Made by a program: the position numbers and the translations under genes
Source of the DNA: Bacillota bacterium
GTDB taxonomy: Bacteria; Bacillota; Bacilli; Bu12
Assembly (NCBI GenBank): GCA_014896485.1
Contig: JADBKH010000009.1
Span: 28,800-92,799 of the forward strand
Direction: 5' to 3'
Length of the DNA stretch: 64,000 bases
In this document: piece after piece, positions 9,641-17,367 of the stretch
Position numbering within the stretch: position 1 is the stretch's first letter
How the letters are laid out: every line of letters begins with the position of its first letter
The notes under the pieces: generated by a model
Database searches by the model: none
What the model was told of the DNA's origin: nothing
Seen by the model: the letters and a program-made list of their open reading frames with translations, nothing else

Positions 9641-9973
9641 ATTGAAAGTGAGAAGGTCGGCAGGGGATGGGGAGAACGCCACGGAGCAACGTTGGGACAT
9701 GTCGGCGATGGTAATTTTCATGTCATCATGATGGTCGATACTGCGGTGGCACACGAGGTAAGTCGAGCGGAGAAAGTCATCGATGGCATCGCTTCCCATG
9801 CGCTTTCCGTGGGGGGAACGACAACTGCAGAGCATGGCGTAGGTATCCGCAAACAGCGCTATATGGAACGAGAACATGGAGATAGCTTGCAGTGGATGCG
9901 TGCAATCAAACAGGTGCTTGACCCCAAGCATCTGCTCAATCCAGGAAAACTCGTCGATCCGCCCGGGGCATAA
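9641..9973 (+). pseudogene. 5'-truncated remnant of an FAD-linked oxidase (GlcD / D-lactate dehydrogenase family), C-terminal domain only
   Basis: 'GHVGDGNFH...GGTTTAEHGVGIRKQRYMERE...MRAIKQVLDPKHLLNPGKL' is the C-terminal about 100 aa of FAD-oxidase_C proteins. The frame opens at an in-frame TAG (9638), there is no N-terminal FAD-binding domain anywhere upstream, and there is no real start codon. Confidence 0.6.
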
Positions 9974-10102
9974 CAACGCGATGTTCCCTAGGGGATAGGC
10001 AGGCAGGGTAGAGGATATGGTTATGCCTTTTTGGACATTGCCACACCCATTGTATTGTTATAACATAAAAAATAATGCACTGCTCGTACGAAGGAGGAGA
10101 CA

Positions 10103-11314
10103 ATGTCCCAAGTGTTGAGCAACGTGCGCGTTTTGGAATTGACCGACTCGATTGCAGGCCCCTTTGCCGGCAAGCTTTTCGCCGATTTTGGCGCCGACGT
10201 CCTCAAAATCGAATCGCCCCAAGGCGATCCGGCACGACGTTATGGTCCTTTTCCCCACGATATCCCCAACCCCGAGGCCAGTGGCCTTTTCCTCCACCTC
10301 AACCGCAACAAGCGCGGATTGACCCTCAATCTGCAACACGAGAGTGGCCGTGAGCTCTTTTTGCAGCTGGTCCCTTCGGCTGACATCATTCTGGAATCGT
10401 TTCCACCAGGTCAGATGGAACGTTGGGGACTCGGTTTTGAGACACTGCGTGCCATGAAGCCCTCGATTGTAGTAGGCAGTTTGACACCCTTTGGGCAGTA
10501 CGGGCCCTATGCCCCGTTTCGGGGCAACGATATCGTCTACTACGCCACCGGTGGGCCGATGAATGCGACTGGCGCAGCTGATCTGACGCCGATCAAAAAG
10601 ACCCTCAACATGGTGGAAGCCCAAGCAGGGAATGCCTTTGCGGGACAGGTGCTGGCGGCTTTTCTGGTCGGGCGCTATCAGGGAGAAGGGCAGCATGTCG
10701 ACGTGGCTGCAGTCGAAACACAGCTGGGGTCGATCGATCGGCGGATGACGTTGGAGCTGGCCTACCAGTTCACAGGCGAACGTTCGGGGCGCAGCAGTCC
10801 CCTCGGTGCTGCCCTGCCGATGGGCGTCTACCCGTGTGCAGATGGCTATGTCCAAATCGTGACGACACCGGCGTGGGCGCCGCGGATGCTGGCGACGCTC
10901 AATGATGCGGAGCTGACGCATTATTTTCAGGAGAATCCCGAAGGAGCACTCATCGATCCCCAGACGATCTCGAGGGTAGAAGAAGTTCTCTACCCCTGGC
11001 TGATGTCCCATACCAAGCTGGAGTGCTTTGAAGAGGCCGATCTCAAGCATGGATGGCCGGTCTTTCCCCTGTCGACGGTCGAAGATGTGATGCACGATCC
11101 CCACTTTCAGGCGTTGGGCACCTTCATTCAGATCGATCATCCCGTCGCCGGCCTGCAGACGTATGTCGGTGCGCCATGGCGGCAATCGCGCAAAGGATTC
11201 GAAGTGCGCCGTCCCGCACCGTTACTTGGACAGCACAATGCAGAGATCTATGGGAACGAGCTGGGGTTTTCCTCTGAAGCCTTGGCAAGCCTCCGTGCAC
11301 TGGACGTCATCTAG
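10103..11314 (+). CDS. CoA-transferase family III (CaiB/BaiF) protein
   Basis: 'MSQVLSNVRVLELTDSIAGPFAGKLFADFGADVLKIE' is the canonical family-III N-terminus; 403 aa. Confidence 0.9.
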   Translation: MSQVLSNVRVLELTDSIAGPFAGKLFADFGADVLKIESPQGDPARRYGPFPHDIPNPEASGLFLHLNRNKRGLTLNLQHESGRELFLQLVPSADIILESFPPGQMERWGLGFETLRAMKPSIVVGSLTPFGQYGPYAPFRGNDIVYYATGGPMNATGAADLTPIKKTLNMVEAQAGNAFAGQVLAAFLVGRYQGEGQHVDVAAVETQLGSIDRRMTLELAYQFTGERSGRSSPLGAALPMGVYPCADGYVQIVTTPAWAPRMLATLNDAELTHYFQENPEGALIDPQTISRVEEVLYPWLMSHTKLECFEEADLKHGWPVFPLSTVEDVMHDPHFQALGTFIQIDHPVAGLQTYVGAPWRQSRKGFEVRRPAPLLGQHNAEIYGNELGFSSEALASLRALDVI

Positions 11315-11327
11315 GGAAGGGGAGGCA

Positions 11328-12626
11328 ATGACAGTGGCCCATTTGCCATTGGAAGGAATTCGTGTCATCGACATGACGGTGGTCTGGGCAGGGCCCTTGG
11401 CTACCAAGATGATGGGTGAGTTAGGTGCAGAGGTCATTCGGGTCGAATCGAAAGATCACTTTCCATCAAGCACGCGAGGATTTGTCGCTTATTTGAGCAA
11501 AGAGATGGCTGCTTCGATGGGCGGGATTGGGGGTGCTTACCCCAATCACGATCCGGGGCCAGATGCGTTTAACCGCAGCGCTGTCTTCAATGTGCATGCC
11601 ATCAATAAACGCAGCTGCACGATGGAGCTGGACCAGCCAGAGGGGCAGGAAGCTTTTGAGCGGTTGGTGCGGATCAGCGACGTCTTGGTCGAAAACAACG
11701 CAGTTCGGGTAGGAGAGAAGCTCGGGCTGACGTGGGAACACTTGCAGGCGATCAATCCGCGCCTGATCCTGGTGCGCATGCCCCCGTTGGGCATGCACGG
11801 CCCCTACGCCCATGCCGTCGGTTTTGGCGCACATTTTGAAGCGCTCTCTGGCGTCACCTATATCCGCGGATACGACAACGCCGATCCTTCCAAGACAACC
11901 GAGACTTTTCACATGGACGATTGTTCTGCACACGGGGTGCTCTTTGCGGTCTTGGCGGCACTGCACGATCGGGAAGAAACAGGGGAAGGGATGTTCATCG
12001 AGTTTCCACAGGCGGAGAACATGATGCAGCAGATGGGAGAAGCTTTTTTGGACTATTCCATGAACGGCCGTGTGGCACAGCCACACGGCAACAAGCATCC
12101 CTACTACGTGCAGGGTTGCTATCCCTGCAAGGGCGAAGATGCCTGGATCGTCCTGACACTGGAAGATGACGCCCAGTGGCAGGCATTTGTCGCTTTTGCC
12201 GGTACGCCGCAGTGGGCACAGGATCCTCGGTTTGCCACGGCCTATTTGCGACGGCAGCACCAAGAGTCTCTCGATCCACTGATCGCTTCGGTGACCCAAC
12301 AGCATGACAAGGTGGCACTCTTCTATGCGCTGCAGGAAGCTGGGATTGCAGCAGGACCGGTTTACGACGAGGCAGATGCCTATGCCGATCCGCACTTTGC
12401 CGAGCGGGGCTTTTTCAAGCCGATGACCCACCCAGAGACGGGAACACACCTGTACCCCAGCCACCTATCGCAGTGGTCGGGGCTATCCATGCGCTGGGAA
12501 TCGCCAGCGCCGCTGCTCGGCGAACACAACACCTACGTCTACAAGCAGTTGCTCGGTTATTCGGATCAGGGATATGACCAATTGCTTGAGCGAAACCTGA
12601 TCGGGACGGCCTACCCCAACTCTTAG
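11328..12626 (+). CDS. CoA-transferase family III (CaiB/BaiF) protein, second paralogue
   Basis: 'LEGIRVIDMTVVWAGPLATKMMGELGAEVIRVE'. Start refined to ATG 11328 (GGGGAGG Shine-Dalgarno), 14 nt after the first transferase's stop. Confidence 0.9.
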   Translation: MTVAHLPLEGIRVIDMTVVWAGPLATKMMGELGAEVIRVESKDHFPSSTRGFVAYLSKEMAASMGGIGGAYPNHDPGPDAFNRSAVFNVHAINKRSCTMELDQPEGQEAFERLVRISDVLVENNAVRVGEKLGLTWEHLQAINPRLILVRMPPLGMHGPYAHAVGFGAHFEALSGVTYIRGYDNADPSKTTETFHMDDCSAHGVLFAVLAALHDREETGEGMFIEFPQAENMMQQMGEAFLDYSMNGRVAQPHGNKHPYYVQGCYPCKGEDAWIVLTLEDDAQWQAFVAFAGTPQWAQDPRFATAYLRRQHQESLDPLIASVTQQHDKVALFYALQEAGIAAGPVYDEADAYADPHFAERGFFKPMTHPETGTHLYPSHLSQWSGLSMRWESPAPLLGEHNTYVYKQLLGYSDQGYDQLLERNLIGTAYPNS

Positions 12627-12662
12627 AGGAAATGGATCGACCCAGAAAATAAAGCAATCTCA

Positions 12663-12692
12663 AAGGGTGCCTTGCTCCTTGAAGGCACCTTT
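12663..12692. terminator. bidirectional rho-independent terminator between the convergent CoA-transferase (+) and acyl-CoA dehydrogenase (-) genes
   Basis: AAGGGTGCCTT-loop-AAGGCACCTTT hairpin with T-rich flanks on both strands. Confidence 0.6.
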
Positions 12693-12715
12693 TGGGATCT
12701 TCGCAACTGCGTCGG

Positions 12716-13873
12716 TCAGCGGTCTCCCCTGGGCAAACCGAGCACGCGCTCAGAGATGATGTTCCGTTGGATTTGGGAAGAGCCGGTCGCAATCGTCTCA
12801 GCCCGGGCAAACAGAAAACTGCGTTGGAGCACCCCGTCTGCACGCGTTTCCAATCCACTCATATAAGGCATCTGGCCACCTTGCATCTCCATCGCCATTT
12901 CAGTGAAACGTTGATGCATTTCACTGTAAAAAAGTTTTTGAATCGACGCCTCCGGACCCAAGTGATTTTTTTGCTGCAGCTATGTCGCGATATTGTATCC
13001 AATCATCCGTAAAATCTCGATTTCGCTCCAAGCACGCATGAGACGTTGACGCCAATACGGATCGTCAGAAAGGGGACCATTTGTATTTTCGAGCTGCTTG
13101 GAGATTTGCAACGCCAGATCAAATTCGCGCTTATACTGGTCATAGGACTCCAATGCACCGCTGCCGCGTTCAAAAGAAAGAATTACGTTGGCGATGCGCC
13201 ATCCATCATTGACTTCACCGACTATGTTCTCCTTTGCAGTGCGAGCCCCTTCGAATTTCTCCATGTTGAATTCGGCATCACCGGTAATCTGTCGAATGGG
13301 ACTGATCGTGATACCAGGTTAATGCATGGGAACCAAAAGAAAACTGATGCCCCGGTGTTTTGGGGCATCAGGATCGGTTCGTACCAACAGGAAGATCCAA
13401 TCGGCGAGGTGGGCGTTGGAAGTCCAGATCTTCTCGCCTGTGATTACCCATTCGTCTCCTTCCAAGACCGCCCGGGTTTGCAGGGAAGCGAGATCACTGC
13501 CCGCATTTGGCTCAGAATACCCCTCACACCAGATCTCGTCGTCGGAGAGAATGGGTGGGATGAAGCGGCGTTTCTGTTCTTCGGGTCCCTTAATGAGCAG
13601 GGTCGGTCCAAGAAGCTGCTTTCCGAGCAGATTGATTCCCTGGGGTGCATTATCTGTCAATCCCTGACCGCCATACGTTTTTGGCCAGGAGATGCCTGCA
13701 AATCCGCCTCTGTAAAGTTCTTTTTCCCACCATCGGCCAACCACGGCACGTTCTTCGGCTGTTTTGGGCAAGGGATGCTCTGGGGTTCCCCATCCATAGG
13801 GGAGGGTCTCTTTGAGAAAGTCTTGAACATGACGACGGTAGGCCTCTTGCTCCGGTGTATAGGCGATATCCAT
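12716..13873 (-). pseudogene. acyl-CoA dehydrogenase interrupted by two in-frame stop codons (TAA and TAG)
   Basis: Track ORFs 13319..13894, 12980..13264 and 12716..12961 are all in the same frame. Read across the stops the translation is a full-length acyl-CoA dehydrogenase: N-terminal 'MDIAYTPEQEAYRRHV', middle 'YSEPNAGSDLASL...PGITISPIRQ', C-terminal 'IATGSSQIQRNIISERVLGLP'. The in-frame stops are TAA at 13319-13321 and TAG at 12980-12982. Confidence 0.8.
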
Positions 13874-13898
13874 CTGTGCACACCCCTTCTGCACAGAT
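13872..13898 (-). promoter_or_regulatory. perfect 9-bp inverted repeat (ATCTGTGCA-N9-TGCACAGAT) enclosing the Shine-Dalgarno sequence and abutting the acyl-CoA dehydrogenase start codon
   Basis: Seen directly in the sequence. On the minus-strand mRNA the loop is GAAGGGGUG (the Shine-Dalgarno) and the stem ends in the AU of the AUG. Confidence 0.35.
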
Positions 13899-13943
13899 AG
13901 TATAGTTTATTTATATACATTTATCAATAGCGCGTTGTATCCT

Positions 13944-14231
13944 TCAAGGTTTCGGCTGACGAGCAGGGGCAGAAACCTCGTTGAGATGGCGTACCTGCTT
14001 TTTTCTGCCGCTCGTCTGGCGGTTGCCAAACAATGCAAACCCGATCGCCAATACGCCGATCACCAGTAAGGGGACGCCGATGATGGCGGTAACCCCCAAG
14101 GCGGTCAACGTCACACCGGCAATCAGGAAGATGGCAGCGATCCCCCACGTGGCCCACATTCGAATCACCTCGGTGTTAGTCTCTCCCGAGTGGGAAACGT
14201 TCAACCGGTACCAGTGAGCAAGCTTTGCCAA
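13944..14231 (-). CDS. small hypothetical membrane protein (two predicted transmembrane helices)
   Basis: Hydrophobic stretches 'WGIAAIFLIAGVTLTALGV' and 'IIGVPLLVIGVLAIGFALF'. No recognisable family; start uncertain. Confidence 0.45.
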   Translation of the reverse strand: MAKLAHWYRLNVSHSGETNTEVIRMWATWGIAAIFLIAGVTLTALGVTAIIGVPLLVIGVLAIGFALFGNRQTSGRKKQVRHLNEVSAPARQPKP

Positions 14232-14292
14232 GCTGTGTGTCGTACCGTAGGATGGATAGAGGCTGCTTCACAGGCTGGAAAGAGGGTCACAC

Positions 14293-14907
14293 ATGCTGCT
14301 GGGCGGTGATTGGCGAGCGGTCTTGCTTGCATTGCCAGGCATCCTGTTCGGGTTGGTTTTTCACGAGTTTGCGCACGGCTATGTCGCGGATCGGCTTGGT
14401 GATTCCACTGCCCGTGAGGCGGGGCGTTTGACACTAAACCCGTTGGCTCACCTGGATCCGTTCGGCACGCTGCTGTTAGTGCTTGTCGGTTTTGGATGGG
14501 CCAAGCCCACACCGATTAACCCTCAGCGGTTACGCCATCCACGCCGTGATGAAATACTTGTGACTGCGGCCGGGCCGTTGACCAACTTGCTTCTGGCCTT
14601 TCTCTTGTTGATTGCCTACCGCTTTTCTTTTTTGGCAGACAACTGGATCGCTTCGGCACTGTTGACGGCGGCGGCACTTAACGTCTTTTTGGGTATTTTT
14701 AATCTGTTGCCCATTCCGCCGTTGGACGGTTCGCATATCCTCCTCAATGGATTGGGTTTTCCCGAACAATGGAAGGTACGCATCCAGCAGGTAGGGAGTT
14801 ACCTGCTGATCGTTTTGCTTTTCGCACTCGCTTACTTCGGCAATCCGTTGGGACGATTCTCTTCATGGGTATTTGGGATACTGGCATACCTGGCTGGCGC
14901 ACGATAG
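14293..14907 (+). CDS. site-2-protease-family (peptidase M50) zinc metalloprotease, YwhC-like
   Basis: HEFAH zinc-binding motif (VFHEFAHGYVA) and the downstream 'LNPLAHLDPFG' motif; multi-pass membrane protein. Confidence 0.8.
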   Translation: MLLGGDWRAVLLALPGILFGLVFHEFAHGYVADRLGDSTAREAGRLTLNPLAHLDPFGTLLLVLVGFGWAKPTPINPQRLRHPRRDEILVTAAGPLTNLLLAFLLLIAYRFSFLADNWIASALLTAAALNVFLGIFNLLPIPPLDGSHILLNGLGFPEQWKVRIQQVGSYLLIVLLFALAYFGNPLGRFSSWVFGILAYLAGAR

Positions 14908-14996
14908 AGATTTCCTTGGTATTAAACAGAGGTATCAAGGTACGGATTATGCTATACTTTCCAAAATGCACATATCCGTACAGGAGGAAGAACGGT

Positions 14997-15695
14997 ATGG
15001 AGTATCCGTACGTACATGCAACACAGAAGCTGGCAGATTTCTTTGAGAACACAATGCTCAATACAGGTGTCCCTCCACGAGTGACCAACGAATGGCTAGC
15101 TTCCCTCGGGTATACTTCTTCTAACGACAGGGCCATCCGGAGGGTCCTGAGATTTCTCGGCTTTGTCGATGAAAATGGTGTACCAACAGCACTTTGGCGA
15201 CAGTACCGTGGTGGTCATTATCGTCAAGTATTGGCAGATGCGATACGAAAAGCGTACGGTGATTTGTACACTGTGTACCCGCAGGCCGATCGTCGTACAG
15301 CGGAGGAGTTTGCCAATTTTTTCCGCGCCCGTAGCAACGGTGGCAGTGAGGTCATCAGTAAGACGGTAGCAACGTTTTTAACCCTCTGCCGGCTGGCTCG
15401 ATCCGAGGAGAGAGAAGCGTCACTTGCCACAGAAAGCATGGTAGCGTCTACTGTCATTCCAACAGAAGAGGGTGTAGAAACTTCCCAATTTTCCGCCCAA
15501 GCTCAGGGGATCGGGGAACCTTCAGACAGTAGCAGTACAAGTACAAAGCGTATGACCGTCAAAGAAGATGGCAGTCGCACACACGTAGAGATTCACGTTG
15601 AGATACGGCTGCCAGAGACGGCGGACATCGCCTTTTTTGAACGGTTTTTCGCTGCAATGCAGAAATTTTTGCGCTCAGACGCGGAAAAGAACTGA
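14997..15695 (+). CDS. conserved hypothetical protein; N-terminal region resembles DUF5343-type proteins (tentative)
   Basis: Start refined to the ATG with an AGGAGG Shine-Dalgarno (the track ORF 14769 overlaps the M50 gene). N-terminus 'MEYPYVHATQKLADFFENTMLNTGVPPRVTNEWLASLGY', acidic/Ser-rich linker, conserved C-terminus 'FFERFFAAMQKFL'. Confidence 0.55.
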   Translation: MEYPYVHATQKLADFFENTMLNTGVPPRVTNEWLASLGYTSSNDRAIRRVLRFLGFVDENGVPTALWRQYRGGHYRQVLADAIRKAYGDLYTVYPQADRRTAEEFANFFRARSNGGSEVISKTVATFLTLCRLARSEEREASLATESMVASTVIPTEEGVETSQFSAQAQGIGEPSDSSSTSTKRMTVKEDGSRTHVEIHVEIRLPETADIAFFERFFAAMQKFLRSDAEKN

Positions 15696-15813
15696 AAAAA
15701 TTCAATAAATGTGCAGATCGCTGCGTACCTGTGGATATACCTGTTTAGAATGACCTGCAATAGTGAAATACCGTTTTGGTATGCACTGACCGATGTGGAG
15801 AATGTGCATTGTC

Positions 15814-16614
15814 TCAACTGGTACGAGTAGAAGCTGGTGTAAAGAGAGCTATGGTCATGGAGGCGGCACCGAAGTCTTCTTCTTCAACGAGGATTTGGAC
15901 AGAGAAGGGTTCTCCAATCGCACCTGCCAGGACACGCAATGGGGCCTCGCCTCCCTCTGGTGCAGCTGCCTGACGTAGTCGTTCAGGAATGGCCCACAGG
16001 GATTGCCAGCTACCGGCCTTCCATGCTTTTTTGACTTGTTCCAGATATTCGTACGCTTGAGGGGGTGCAGTACGCCCCATTTGGAACAAATCAAGGCGAT
16101 GAATGATTGAACCTGTGCAGATCAGAGCGAGCTCATGATTTTGTGCCAGCTGGGAAATGAGGTGACCCAGCTGTTCGTGTGCTGCTGGGCCAAGATCAGG
16201 TGCGATGGAAAGAGGGATGACCGGAATTGTTGCCTGTGGTGCGAGGTGGAGGAGCGCCGACCAAGCCCCGTGATCGAGGCCCCATTGATCGGTGGACAAC
16301 AATGGCAGGGAGTGCTTTTGCGCGAGCCCAAGGAGCTCTTGGGCCAAGGCGGGATGACCCGGAGGCGTATAGGACACCTGGTAAAAAGACTCTGGGAAAC
16401 CGAAAAAATCAAAAATCTGCGGGATCTGTGGGCGGATGTCGATCGCAAATGTATGTGGTGTGACGAAGTGGGGGGAGACCGTGAGTACCGCTTCAATACC
16501 GTACAACTGCTCACTCAATTGTCTCAAAGCATGAATGCTGGCCTGATGATCGACGCCAATATCGCCGATTAATGTAGGGGAGTTGGGGGCAAAAAGCGCC
16601 AAGCGCAAGCTCAT
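15814..16614 (-). CDS. class III extradiol ring-cleavage dioxygenase, subunit-B-like (DODA/YgiD type)
   Basis: 'MSLRLALFAPNSPTLIGD...AVLTVSPHF...DHGAWS...' matches the LigB/DODA fold. Start refined to Met78 of the track ORF (GGAAGGGG Shine-Dalgarno). Confidence 0.75.
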   Translation of the reverse strand: MSLRLALFAPNSPTLIGDIGVDHQASIHALRQLSEQLYGIEAVLTVSPHFVTPHTFAIDIRPQIPQIFDFFGFPESFYQVSYTPPGHPALAQELLGLAQKHSLPLLSTDQWGLDHGAWSALLHLAPQATIPVIPLSIAPDLGPAAHEQLGHLISQLAQNHELALICTGSIIHRLDLFQMGRTAPPQAYEYLEQVKKAWKAGSWQSLWAIPERLRQAAAPEGGEAPLRVLAGAIGEPFSVQILVEEEDFGAASMTIALFTPASTRTS

Positions 16615-16698
16615 TGGAAGAACCCCTTCCGATTGGTATGCTGCTTTTGATTTTATAGTAGAATCCCGTTTTGGGCAAGGTGGGCAGGTGGTGAGGAC

Positions 16699-17367
16699 AT
16701 GAAGCAAGCATGTGCGGGGAGGCAGTGGGGAAAAAGTGGGATCTGGCTGGCCTTCTTCGCTATCGCCACCTTGTTGGCAACAACCGGTTTCGTGCACATT
16801 ATCAATGTTTGGGTCGAACAAAAGCTGTTGCCGATCGGCATACACTTTCCATGGTTGGAGTTGGTCTGGATCATCGGGAGCACAACGGTGACGCTGCTTA
16901 CCGTTGTTGCCACCGGTTTGATTCGGGAAGAGAGTCTGCTTCTACGGATAGTGCCTGTGCTGCTGTGGGGAGCAGGCAATCTCATCGAAGTGTTGTCAAA
17001 ACATTGGCTATACGCCCTGCCGCCTTTTCCAACAGGACTGTCGCCGCAAGCAGGAAGTTGGTTAGAAAAGATCGAAACACTGCTGGCTCCCCCGATTCCG
17101 TTTTGGCCAGCAAGTGCTTCATTGAACGGCGGCTCTTTTCTGATTGGTAGTTTTCCAAGTGGGCATGTCTTTCGCACGACGTTTATGGCTGGGCTGCTCT
17201 TGCCCCAGCGATTGGGCCGCGTCCTTGTGCCGGTAATCGGTGCGGCTACTGCTTTCGCCACGATCGCCACCGGTGGCCATTGGCTGTGGGACGGCATCGG
17301 TGGTTTCTGCCTTGCGCAAGCGGCACTTTCAGCGTGGCAAGCCGCTCAAAACATCGGTCGTACGTGA
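16699..17367 (+). CDS. PAP2-family phosphatase (phosphatidic acid phosphatase type 2 / haloperoxidase fold), integral membrane
   Basis: PAP2 signature motifs 'FPSGHVFRTTF' and 'GGHWLWDGIGG'; about 5 transmembrane helices. Confidence 0.8.
   Translation: MKQACAGRQWGKSGIWLAFFAIATLLATTGFVHIINVWVEQKLLPIGIHFPWLELVWIIGSTTVTLLTVVATGLIREESLLLRIVPVLLWGAGNLIEVLSKHWLYALPPFPTGLSPQAGSWLEKIETLLAPPIPFWPASASLNGGSFLIGSFPSGHVFRTTFMAGLLLPQRLGRVLVPVIGAATAFATIATGGHWLWDGIGGFCLAQAALSAWQAAQNIGRT

Noticed and set aside
10058-12464. Long minus-strand ORFs (375 aa and 332 aa) opposite the two CoA-transferase genes
   Set aside because: Shadow ORFs of high-GC coding sequence; translations are low-complexity (Arg/Pro/Gly-rich) with no recognisable domains, whereas the plus-strand frames carry canonical family-III motifs.
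14769-14996. Upstream extension (MEGTHPAGR...) of the hypothetical gene at 14997
   Set aside because: It overlaps the 3' end of the M50 protease gene and has no Shine-Dalgarno; ATG 14997 follows AGGAGG at ideal spacing.
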